Source: an uncultured Clostridia bacterium (GTDB lineage: Bacteria; Bacillota; Clostridia; TANB77; UBA1234). Taken from it: DNA of 20,978 nt. Shown piece after piece: positions 1 through 6,839 of this stretch. Made by a program: the position numbers and the translations under genes. The notes below the pieces were generated by a model. It searched no databases and was not told the origin of the DNA. It was given only the letters and a program-made list of their open reading frames with translations. The DNA is taken from assembly GCA_947624765.1 (NCBI GenBank), contig CANQLS010000004.1, positions 1 to 20,978 of the forward strand. The letters are read 5' to 3'. The stretch's first letter is position 1. Each line of letters opens with the position of its first letter.

Positions 1-159
1 ATAGATACAGCAAATGCCTATGTAAATGAAAAAGGTGTAGGTAGAGGAATAAAAAAATCAGGAGTTGCAAGAGAAGATAAACCAGCAGTTTTACAAGTGG
101 AAGCACATCCTTATTATCAGCAAGGAGAGCAGGAACAACAGCAACATTTGACCAATTAA
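1..159 (+). pseudogene. Aldo/keto reductase remnant (5' end off-window, internally deleted)
   Basis: Frame 1 reads IDTANAYVNEKGVGRGIKKSGVARED (AKR IDTA..Y.NE..VG motif). At about nt 78/79 this is fused directly to KPAVLQVEAHPYYQQ (AKR P.v.QvE.HP motif). In intact AKRs these motifs are ~100 residues apart. The frame then leaves AKR-like sequence and stops at TAA 157-159. Confidence 0.6.
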
Positions 160-386
160 ATAAATATTTTGCAATGAATCAAATGCCAATTATATCATCA
201 AGGTATTGGAATATGGTTCATGACGGAACGCCAGAAGAAGTAAGAAAAGATGAAGAAGGAATGCAAATTATGAGAATACTAGGAAAGAATATGGCGTATT
301 TCCTAAAGTGTCAAGAAGCTGCCAAAAAAGCAGGAATAACTATGCCACCAGTAGAGAAGATAACTTTTACGAATTTTATTAGATAA
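114..386 (+). pseudogene. C-terminal fragment of a flavodoxin-like NAD(P)H-dependent FMN oxidoreductase
   Basis: The frame of the 174..386 ORF stays open back to nt 81. It reads ..SARRAGTTATFDQLNKYFAMNQMPIISSRYWNMVHDGTPEEVRKDEEGMQIMRILGKNMAYFLKC...TNFIR. This matches only the last ~85 residues of ~200-aa flavodoxin-family reductases (SARRaGtTat.d.lnkyF...mP.vsS.YWN.vhG). The N-terminal FMN-binding half is absent, and no SD precedes ATG 174. Confidence 0.65.
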
Positions 387-428
387 ATAGCAAATTATTG
401 CTTGGAATTTATAAATAAATTTTAAAAA

Positions 429-460
429 TTCATAGATTTTCATAGAAAAAATGGTATAAT
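429..460 (+). promoter_or_regulatory. Promoter of the toxin-antitoxin operon with direct-repeat candidate operator
   Basis: Extended -10 TGgTATAAT (TG 452-453, TATAAT 455-460). A TTCATAGA direct repeat sits at 429-436 and 439-446 (10-bp spacing) over the -35 region. Confidence 0.4.
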
Positions 461-492
461 ATTAGTGTAAATCTATTTTGGAGGTAAAGAAT

Positions 493-735
493 ATGTCTAT
501 AGAAAAACAAAAATTGTATAATGAAATAGAAACATTACCAGAAGAACTTACAAATCAAGTTATTAATTTTGTTGAATATTTAAAATTATCATATATAGAT
601 AAAGAAGCACCAGATAGTGTTACTATAAAAAGTAAGAAAGATTTAAAAGAAAAATTACAAAAAGGACTTGATGATATAAAAGAAAATAGACTATACTCTC
701 TAGATGATGTTTTCAGTAAAATAGAGAATATATAA
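493..735 (+). CDS. Putative type II antitoxin (DUF2281-like N-terminus)
   Basis: ATG 493 lies 8 nt after GGAGG (480-484); the TTG 478 start in the ORF track has no SD. The 80-aa product begins MSIEKQKLYNEIETLPEELTNQVINFVEYL. It ends 15 nt upstream of a ParE/RelE toxin gene. Confidence 0.55.
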   Translation: MSIEKQKLYNEIETLPEELTNQVINFVEYLKLSYIDKEAPDSVTIKSKKDLKEKLQKGLDDIKENRLYSLDDVFSKIENI

Positions 736-750
736 AGGGGAGTATTGGCT

Positions 751-1074
751 ATGAAAAGATATATAGTAGAAATGTCAGATACTGCTGAACAAGACTTGGA
801 AAATATTATTTCATATCTAAAATATGATTTGGCAGGAGATATTATAGCAGATAAGTATAAAATTTTATTTAAGCAAGAATTAAAGAAACTAGAAGATGTT
901 GCTGGAATAATGCCTATTTTAGAAGAAGAATTAACAGGACATAAAAACATTAGAAAAATTAATGTGAGAAATTATATAATTTTTTATATTATTGATGAGG
1001 CTGTTGGTAAAGCTTTGGTAGTGAGAATAGGACATTGTTTTATGGATTGGGAAAAATATTTAAAAGATGAATAA
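751..1074 (+). CDS. Type II toxin, RelE/ParE family
   Basis: The 107-aa product shows the ParE-like pattern (Y.I..S..AEQDLENI..Y ... IRKI.VRNYIIFYIIDE....LVVRIGH). SD AAGGGGAG (735-742) lies 8 nt before ATG 751. It is paired with the small upstream gene. Confidence 0.75.
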   Translation: MKRYIVEMSDTAEQDLENIISYLKYDLAGDIIADKYKILFKQELKKLEDVAGIMPILEEELTGHKNIRKINVRNYIIFYIIDEAVGKALVVRIGHCFMDWEKYLKDE

Positions 1075-1174
1075 ATTTAGTTTAACATATCATTTTAATG
1101 TGGATATAATAGAAATATTATATCTATTTTTATATCCAGAGTGATAACACAATTCGTATAAACAAATGGTTGTA

Positions 1175-1203
1175 TTTACAATTACTTGTTTTTTTTATAT
1201 AAT
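1175..1203 (+). promoter_or_regulatory. Sigma-A type promoter for GNAT gene
   Basis: TTTACA (1175-1180), 17-nt spacer, TATAAT (1198-1203). Confidence 0.45.
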
Positions 1204-1244
1204 CGAACTATAAAAATAATAATTTATAAAGGAAAATGATTATT

Positions 1245-1658
1245 ATGAGATATGAAAAAAATATTTTAACTAGTGAAATTTATTGCGAATTAAGAAAAAG
1301 TGTAGAATGGTTTGAATTGCCAAAAATTAAAATAGATGAGGCTATAAAAAATAGTATATATACTATAACTGTATTTGACGGAGATAATCCTGTAGGTATG
1401 GGAAGATTAATTGGAGATGGCATTTATTTTGTTATTGTAGATGTTGTTGTGAATCCAGAATATCAAAGAAAAGGTATTGGCACTCAAATAGTAAATATGT
1501 TTATTGACTACGTGGATAAAGAAACAATAACAGGTAGTCGTTCGAGTATTCAATTAATAGCCGAAAAAGGAAAAGAAGGTTTTTATGAGAAACTTGGATT
1601 TAAAAAGATACCAAACGAATTTTGTGGCAGTGGTATGAGAAAAGGTATTCGTAAATAG
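1245..1658 (+). CDS. GNAT family N-acetyltransferase
   Basis: Acetyl-CoA binding motif VVVNPEYQRKGIGTQIV, and a C-terminal FYEKLGFKK typical of GNATs. ATG 1245 is better spaced from AAAGGA (1228-1233) than ATG 1236, so the start is uncertain by 3 codons. Confidence 0.8.
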   Translation: MRYEKNILTSEIYCELRKSVEWFELPKIKIDEAIKNSIYTITVFDGDNPVGMGRLIGDGIYFVIVDVVVNPEYQRKGIGTQIVNMFIDYVDKETITGSRSSIQLIAEKGKEGFYEKLGFKKIPNEFCGSGMRKGIRK

Positions 1659-1735
1659 CCCATACAATCTTGAAAGAAATATATAAACAAATACATTTCA
1701 TATACATTTGAAGCGCAATATGTATGTAAAATGTA
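1644..1735 (+). repeat. Copy A of a ~95-100-bp repeat (second copy at 6737-6839) containing a conserved hairpin
   Basis: GGTATTCGTAAATAGCCCATACAA...TTTCATATACATTTGAAGCGCAATATGTATGTAAAATGTA aligns by eye with 6737-6839. Hairpin arms are 1694-1707 and 1720-1733 (14 bp, one mismatch, one G-T). The 12-nt loop is TTGAAGCGCAAT. Confidence 0.7.
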
Positions 1736-1771
1736 AAGGCAATAATATGAATAAGCGTAACATAAATGTTG

Positions 1772-1806
1772 AAAATAGCTATGTGTAAACATAAGCTATT
1801 TTTTTG
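1772..1806 (+). terminator. Rho-independent terminator after GNAT gene
   Basis: AAATAGCTATGT / ACATAAGCTATTT stem with one bulge and a GTAA loop, followed by a T-run (TTTTTTG). Confidence 0.6.
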
Positions 1807-1836
1807 AAAAAAAGGTATAATTTTTTTAAAATAATA

Positions 1837-1884
1837 TTGACACTGTGTCAGGATTAGTATATTATGATACTGACAAGGTGTCAG
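1837..1884 (+). promoter_or_regulatory. Promoter with two palindromic operators (probable TetR sites) for the CMD-TetR operon
   Basis: TTGACA (1837-1842), 17-nt spacer, TATTAT (1860-1865). A perfect palindrome TGACAC-T-GTGTCA (1838-1850) overlaps the -35. A second palindrome CTGACA-AGG-TGTCAG (1870-1884) lies just downstream of the -10. Confidence 0.6.
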
Positions 1885-1901
1885 AGGGAGGAGAAATGAT
1901 A

Positions 1902-2633
1902 ATGAATCGTTTTGAAGAAAGCAAAGAAGTATTTAACAAATTATTTGGAGAATTATCAGATGCGGAAAAGGAAATAGATCATGAACTTATGGAAATTTTG
2001 AGGAGGTTTATATTTGGAGATGTTTTCCATAGTAGTGATGAACTAGATTTGAAAGAGAGAGAATTAATTACTGTAACAATTTTAGCAGTATTACAAACAC
2101 TTCCACAATTGTCTGCACATATCAATGCAGCATTAAATGTAGGAGCAACTCCTATAGAAGTAAGAGAAACTATTTATCAGTTAGCACCTTTTATAGGTTT
2201 TCCAAGAACATTAAATGCAGTAAGCACAATGAACGAAGTTTTTAAATCAAGAGAAATTAAATTACCATTAGAAAACATGGGAACAGTAACAGATGAAACA
2301 AGGTTTGAAGAAGGTTTTAAAATTCAAAATCCAATATATGGAGATGAAATAAAGGGAAAATATCTGGATGTACCTGAAATTCCTAAATATTTAACAGAAT
2401 TTGGCTTTGGAGATTTTTATACAAGAAAAGGTTTAGACATAAAAACAAGAGAATTACTTGTATTAGTTGGTTTAACAACAATAAGGTCTGATACTCAAAT
2501 AAAAGCTCATGTGCTTGGAAATATAAAGGTAGGAAATTCAAAGGAGAAATTGCTAGCTGCTATGTTACAATGTTTACCTTATATAGGGTTCCCAAACACA
2601 ATGAATACAATTAATATTATAAAAAGCATTTAA
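1902..2633 (+). CDS. Carboxymuconolactone decarboxylase (AhpD-like) family protein, two CMD domains
   Basis: There are two CMD-type segments (..QLAPFIGFPRTLNA.. and ..QCLPYIGFPNTMN..). SD GGGAGGAG (1886-1893) favours ATG 1902, or 1896. The GTG 1845 start in the ORF track lies inside the promoter/operator region. Confidence 0.8.
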   Translation: MNRFEESKEVFNKLFGELSDAEKEIDHELMEILRRFIFGDVFHSSDELDLKERELITVTILAVLQTLPQLSAHINAALNVGATPIEVRETIYQLAPFIGFPRTLNAVSTMNEVFKSREIKLPLENMGTVTDETRFEEGFKIQNPIYGDEIKGKYLDVPEIPKYLTEFGFGDFYTRKGLDIKTRELLVLVGLTTIRSDTQIKAHVLGNIKVGNSKEKLLAAMLQCLPYIGFPNTMNTINIIKSI

Positions 2634-2654
2634 AAGAGAGAAGGATGATAAAAA

Positions 2655-3263
2655 ATGGAAATAAAATCAGCAGATGAAAGAAGAGAAGAAATTATAAATG
2701 CTTGTGAAGAATTATATCAGTCTAAAAGTTTTAAGGAAATAACTTTAAAAGATATAAGCGAAAAGACTACATTTTCAAGACCTTCTATATATAATTACTT
2801 TCAGACAAAAGAAGAAATATTTTTAGCGATTTTGAAAAGAGAGTATGAAAAATGGATAAAAGATTTAGCAAATATATATTTAAAAAACGATAAACTAAAA
2901 AAAGATGAATTTGCAACTAAAATTGCAAAAACAATTGAAAAGAGAGAACAGTTATTAAAACTTTTGTCAATGAATTTATATGATATGGAAGCAAATAGTC
3001 GTATGGAACAATTAATAGAGTTTAAGAAAAGTTATGGAGAATCACTAAAAGCAGTTAGAAAGTGTCTAGATAAATTTTTTAAGAATATGAGTGAAGAAGA
3101 AAAAGATAAATTTGTTTTTTCATTTTTTCCATTGATGTACGGAATTTATCCATATACTCGTGCTACTGAGAAACAAAAAGAAGCTATGAAAAAAGCAGAA
3201 GTTCCATTTAAGTTCTTTTCAATATATAAAATGGTGTATGAAAGTATAATGAAGTTGTTGTAA
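2655..3263 (+). CDS. TetR/AcrR family transcriptional regulator
   Basis: N-terminal HTH (FKEITLKDISEKTTFSRPSIYNYFQTKEEIF), ~200 aa. It starts 21 nt after the CMD gene stop. Confidence 0.85.
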   Translation: MEIKSADERREEIINACEELYQSKSFKEITLKDISEKTTFSRPSIYNYFQTKEEIFLAILKREYEKWIKDLANIYLKNDKLKKDEFATKIAKTIEKREQLLKLLSMNLYDMEANSRMEQLIEFKKSYGESLKAVRKCLDKFFKNMSEEEKDKFVFSFFPLMYGIYPYTRATEKQKEAMKKAEVPFKFFSIYKMVYESIMKLL

Positions 3264-3311
3264 AAAAGTTTTAAAATGATAAAAATATTTAAAGAAAGAA
3301 GGAAAAGTAAT

Positions 3312-3992
3312 ATGAATAAAAAAGTATTGGTTTTGGTAATTGCAATTGTTTTAACTACATTAGGTGTTGGAGTTTTTATAGCAAGTTCTAGTGGACCTAA
3401 TAATACAAATAATGATAATTTAAATGAAAATATAAATGAATCTAACAATTTAGAAGAAAATAATAATGTACCAAATTTAGATGAAAATTCTAATAGTGGT
3501 AATAATCTAGGTAATATAGAAAATAATTCGAATAATGATGATAATTCAAGTGATGCGGAAGATAATGAAGAAACATCTAATAGCGATAATATTGCAATTG
3601 TTTATTTTTCTGCAACAGGGACGACAAGAAGAGTTGCAGAATATATAAAAGATGCTACTGGTGGAGATTTGATTGAAATTGAGCCAAAAGAAAAGTATAC
3701 AGATGATGATTTAAATTATAATAATACTAATAGTAGATCTACGAGAGAACAAAATGACTCTTCTGTAAGACCAGAAATTGCAAATACAATTGATACAAGT
3801 TCTTTTGATGTAATTTATTTGGGTTATCCAATTTGGTGGGGAGATGCACCAAGAATAATTTTAACATTTTTAGATACTTATGATTTAAGTGGAAAAACAG
3901 TTATTCCATTCTGCACATCAGGAGGTTCTGGAATAGGTTCAAGTGTTAGCTATTTTAGTTCCTTATGGAGTAGGAATGATTCCATTAAATAA
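3312..3992 (+). CDS. Membrane-anchored flavodoxin-family protein with an N/D/E/S-rich linker; C-terminus apparently replaced (3' truncated)
   Basis: SD GAAGGA lies 8 nt before ATG 3312. The protein has an N-terminal hydrophobic helix VLVLVIAIVLTTLGVGVFIA, then a ~75-aa low-complexity linker. The flavodoxin core follows (IAIVYFSATGTTRRVAEYI ... LGYPIWWGDAPRI ... FCTSGGSGIGSS). The expected last ~40 residues are missing, and the ORF ends in SYFSSLWSRNDSIK, read out of frame across amidohydrolase-like sequence. Confidence 0.6.
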   Translation: MNKKVLVLVIAIVLTTLGVGVFIASSSGPNNTNNDNLNENINESNNLEENNNVPNLDENSNSGNNLGNIENNSNNDDNSSDAEDNEETSNSDNIAIVYFSATGTTRRVAEYIKDATGGDLIEIEPKEKYTDDDLNYNNTNSRSTREQNDSSVRPEIANTIDTSSFDVIYLGYPIWWGDAPRIILTFLDTYDLSGKTVIPFCTSGGSGIGSSVSYFSSLWSRNDSIK

Positions 3993-4590
3993 TATTGAAG
4001 AAGCATTAAAGATTATGAACGAAATAAAGGAAAATGAATATTTAGTAGGAATACAATTATTCACAAGACATTTAGGAAAATCTGTTGCAGATAATGAGTT
4101 TAGAAGTATTTTTGAAAAAGCATCAGAATTAGATATGCCAATATGGATACATCCTGTTTTTGATGAAAGAAAACCAGATAATAATATGGTATTTAGCTGG
4201 GAATATGAATTATCACAAGCAATGATGCAAATAGTACAGGCAAATATTTTTAAAGATTTTCCTAATATAAAAATAATTGTGCATCATGCAGGAGCAATGA
4301 TACCATTTTTTGCGGGTAGAATAGATAATATATTACCAAAAGAACAAGCAGAAGATTTTAAAAAATTCTACGTGGATACAGCCATACTTGGAAATACGAA
4401 AGCACTAGAACTTGCATTGTCTTATTTTGGAGAAGATAAGGTTTTATATGGTACAGATGCACCACTTGGAATTATGCCTGCAGGAGCAACAAAAGAAATA
4501 GAGGATGCAATAAATGAACTTCCAGTAAATGAAGATATAAAAGAAAAAATCTATAATAAAAATATTATGAAGTTAATAAATCAAAATTAA
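3937..4590 (+). pseudogene. Amidohydrolase-2 family (PF04909-like) gene lacking its 5' portion
   Basis: The product shows LVGIQLF..., PIWIHP, IIVHHAGAMIPFFAGRID, FYVDTA and VLYGTDAPL, which matches the C-terminal two thirds of metal-dependent amidohydrolases. The N-terminal ~70-100 aa (HxH region) is absent. The frame is closed by TAG at 3934-3936. There is only a GTG start at 3943, with no SD, inside the flavodoxin ORF. Confidence 0.65.
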
Positions 4591-4744
4591 ATATAATGGG
4601 TAAATAGTTTAAATTTAAAATAATAAATATATAATGAATTCAGAATAAAAAGTAATTTATTATAAGGGGGGAGATTTTATATTTTTAATACTTTTATATA
4701 TTTTTATTTTTTATAAAAAATGGAAAGAAAAAGGAAAAGATAAA

Positions 4745-5176
4745 TTGCTTGTTAATACCATTATGTATATATATTTATCTTTTGTATTATATTTTACTTT
4801 GATGCCAATTATAACATCTTTACTGTTTATATTTGATCATCCATATGATTCAATGAATTTAGTACCATTTGTTGATGTAATAAATGGTAGAGGAGATTTT
4901 GTTAGACAAGTATTATTAAATGTAATAATGACGATTCCATTTGGTTTTTTATTTCCTCTTACAAATAATAAAAATCCCAATTTTCTAAAAACAATAATTT
5001 ATACGATTTTATTAAGTTTAAGTATTGAATTGTTACAACCTTTAATAAACGGTTGTAGATCATCTGATATAACTGATATAATAACTAATGTTATAGGTGG
5101 AATAATTGGATATATAGGATATTTAATTTTCAAACCCTTGACTACAAAAATACTAAACTATATAAAAAATAAGTAA
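4745..5176 (+). CDS. VanZ family membrane protein (canonical start apparently lost; frame open from 4649)
   Basis: VanZ signature LSLSIELLQPLINGCRSSDITDIITNVIGGIIGY. The first TM helix (FLILLYIFLFF) is encoded in frame upstream of the TTG 4745 start. That upstream stretch follows SD AAGGGGGGAG (4664-4673) but has no ATG/GTG/TTG. Confidence 0.7.
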   Translation: MLVNTIMYIYLSFVLYFTLMPIITSLLFIFDHPYDSMNLVPFVDVINGRGDFVRQVLLNVIMTIPFGFLFPLTNNKNPNFLKTIIYTILLSLSIELLQPLINGCRSSDITDIITNVIGGIIGYIGYLIFKPLTTKILNYIKNK

Positions 5177-5219
5177 TACAAATTATAAGAGCACCGGAAA
5201 AACGAGAAATTTCTTATTG

Positions 5220-5249
5220 TTGACAGTATACAACCTTAAGATATATAAT
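5220..5249 (+). promoter_or_regulatory. Sigma-A type promoter upstream of the DUF3841-like gene
   Basis: TTGACA (5220-5225), 18-nt spacer, TATAAT (5244-5249). Confidence 0.45.
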
Positions 5250-5371
5250 TTTAAAATGAGATGATAAGAAAAATGATTTGCCAAAGAAATAACAATTAGT
5301 TTGTTATCATTAGGTTATATGAATAGTAGTATTTTATATAAAGGTTTATATAAAATGTTAGGAGAATAATA

Positions 5372-6051
5372 ATGAGATTAATAATATTTCAATCATTTGA
5401 AGCATTAAAAAGCTTAATAGATAATGGATATCTAATTTGTGATGATAAGTACATAGATAAAAAGAAATTTGAATTCATTTATGAATGGATTATAGAAAAA
5501 ATGAGTAAGCAAGTTGTTAACAATATAAATGCAAAATATCCAATTTGGTGCTGGGTTAAGTGTTATAATGGAATCTGCCCACCAAAAAGAAAAAAAGCAG
5601 AAAAAGTAAGTGGATTTGATGTGAAATAACTTTTAACAAAAACAATAAAGAGGTATTTATAACAGATTTTAGAAGATATTCATTTTTGCTTAATAATGTT
5701 TATATTCCGAAATCAATAGAAGATAAAAATAAATTTAATAATGAATTGTTAAAAAAGAATATAACATTGGAAGAATTAAAAGCATATGTTAGACAAGACA
5801 AATATGAAAGTTATAGGCAAGATAAAGAATTTTTAGATATATGTGAAAAAATTAGAAAAAGTTTTGATAGATGTATAACGGAAGATAGTGATATACTTCA
5901 AGGCTGTGTGTGGGATATAAAATTGGAAGATATTGAAAAAATAGAGTTTCTAAATTCAAATGATGATTATTCATATGGAACTTTAAATTATATTAGAGCA
6001 AACAACAAAAGAATAAATTGGATTGAAGACTTTTATAAATTACTAAAATAG
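5372..6051 (+). pseudogene. DUF3841-like protein gene split by a frameshift
   Basis: ORFs 5372..5629 (frame 2) and 5686..6051 (frame 1) together resemble one ~225-aa DUF3841-type protein (..F.FIYEWIIEKM...KYPIWCW... / ..VFITDF..YSFLLNNVYIP... / ..LQGCVWDIKLEDIEKIEF). The second frame is open from 5620 and reads (K)ITFNKNNKEVFITDF. The frames meet at the A-run 5624-5626, where one extra A would restore a single ORF. Confidence 0.6.
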
Positions 6052-6151
6052 ATTAAAAGTTTTAACTAGAGCTACAAATAATAGAAAAAAGCAGTAGAAG
6101 CGCCTGGCAAAAGTACTTCAAATGAATGGTGTGAGTATAAAAGGAGAGTAT

Positions 6152-6622
6152 ATGGAAATTATAAAGTTAGAAGATAGTAATAATTATATTTTTGAAAAAA
6201 TATGTGAATGGAATTATAACTGGTGGGGAATAAGGAATAATGTTAGTTTTGAGGCAGTAAAATGTAATTTAGAACATTCCTTATGCAAAGAAAAATTACC
6301 TCAAACATTTGTAGCTTTAATTGATGGAGAGCCAGCAGGTATGTATCAGCTAGCAATGTCTGATGATTTAGATAGTAGACCAGATATTTATCCTTGGCTC
6401 ATTAATGTATATGTTGATGAACAATATAGAGGAAGAAATGTTTGCAGAAATTTGATGAACACAGTAAATGAAAATGCCAAAAAAGCAAATTTAACAGAAT
6501 TGTTTTTATATACAAAGCATATAGGATTATATGAAAAATTTGGTTGGAAGTTTATGGAAGAAGTAAAAACTTTTAAAGAAGATTCTCCAATAGAAAGATT
6601 ATATAGATTAGAAATAAAGTGA
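6152..6622 (+). CDS. GNAT family N-acetyltransferase (second, unrelated copy)
   Basis: SD AAGGAG (6141-6146) precedes ATG 6152. Motifs: INVYVDEQYRGRNVCRNLM and LYEKFGWKF. ATG 6122 in the ORF track has no SD. Confidence 0.8.
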   Translation: MEIIKLEDSNNYIFEKICEWNYNWWGIRNNVSFEAVKCNLEHSLCKEKLPQTFVALIDGEPAGMYQLAMSDDLDSRPDIYPWLINVYVDEQYRGRNVCRNLMNTVNENAKKANLTELFLYTKHIGLYEKFGWKFMEEVKTFKEDSPIERLYRLEIK

Positions 6623-6649
6623 TTTTAAATTGCAATTTTTCCAATAAAG

Positions 6650-6681
6650 GCGAGTAATTATTGAAAATTACTCGTCTTTAT
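6650..6681 (+). terminator. Rho-independent terminator
   Basis: CGAGTAATT (6651-6659) pairs with AATTACTCG (6666-6674) around a 6-nt loop, followed by TCTTTAT. Confidence 0.6.
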
Positions 6682-6736
6682 GTTAGCATTTATTTAATAA
6701 AACACAATTTGTAGAAGAATTAAATGGATTTCCAAG

Positions 6737-6839
6737 GGCATTCGTAAATAGCTTATACAACTCATAATTTATGAGAGAAAGATATAAGCAAATATTGACG
6801 TTTCATATGCATTTAAAGCGCAATATTTATATGAATGTA
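6737..6839 (+). repeat. Copy B of the ~95-100-bp repeat, carrying a relic GNAT 3' end
   Basis: GGCATTCGTAAATAGCTTATACAA...TTTCATATGCATTTAAAGCGCAATATTTATATGAATGTA aligns by eye with 1644-1735. AAG GGC ATT CGT AAA TAG (6735-6752) encodes KGIRK-stop, identical to the end of the 1245..1658 GNAT. The hairpin is conserved with loop TTAAAGCGCAAT (6813-6824). An extra perfect palindrome CTCATAA-T-TTATGAG lies at 6761-6775. Confidence 0.7.

Noticed and set aside
174-386. 70-aa ORF as an independent small gene
   Set aside because: The same frame continues upstream through homologous sequence (SARRAGTTATFDQLNKYFA) without a start or SD. It corresponds only to the C-terminal third of a known ~200-aa family, so it is called a fragment.
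555-950. 131-aa minus-strand ORF overlapping the antitoxin and toxin genes
   Set aside because: It lies antisense to two well-supported + strand genes. Its composition is low-complexity and S/F/I/L-rich, typical of shadow ORFs in AT-rich DNA. It has no SD and no recognisable motif.
1728-1740. TGTAAA-A-TGTAAA within repeat copy A as another response-regulator box
   Set aside because: The spacer is 1 nt rather than 5, so the hexamers are not on the same helical face. The sequence forms the 3' arm of the repeat hairpin.
1845-1901. GTG 1845 start for the CMD-family ORF given in the ORF track
   Set aside because: The extension would begin inside the -35/-10 promoter and operator palindromes and has no SD. 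The strong SD GGGAGGAG at 1886-1893 supports ATG 1896 or 1902.
3146-3448. 100-aa minus-strand ORF across the TetR / flavodoxin junction
   Set aside because: It is antisense to two credible genes, hydrophobic and low-complexity, with no ribosome binding site. It is treated as a shadow ORF.
3400-3600. AAT/GAA-rich repetitive DNA as a VNTR, CRISPR-like or non-coding repeat array
   Set aside because: The repeats are degenerate, lie in frame within a continuous ORF, and translate to an N/D/E/S-rich linker between a TM helix and a flavodoxin domain. They have no spacer-repeat regularity.
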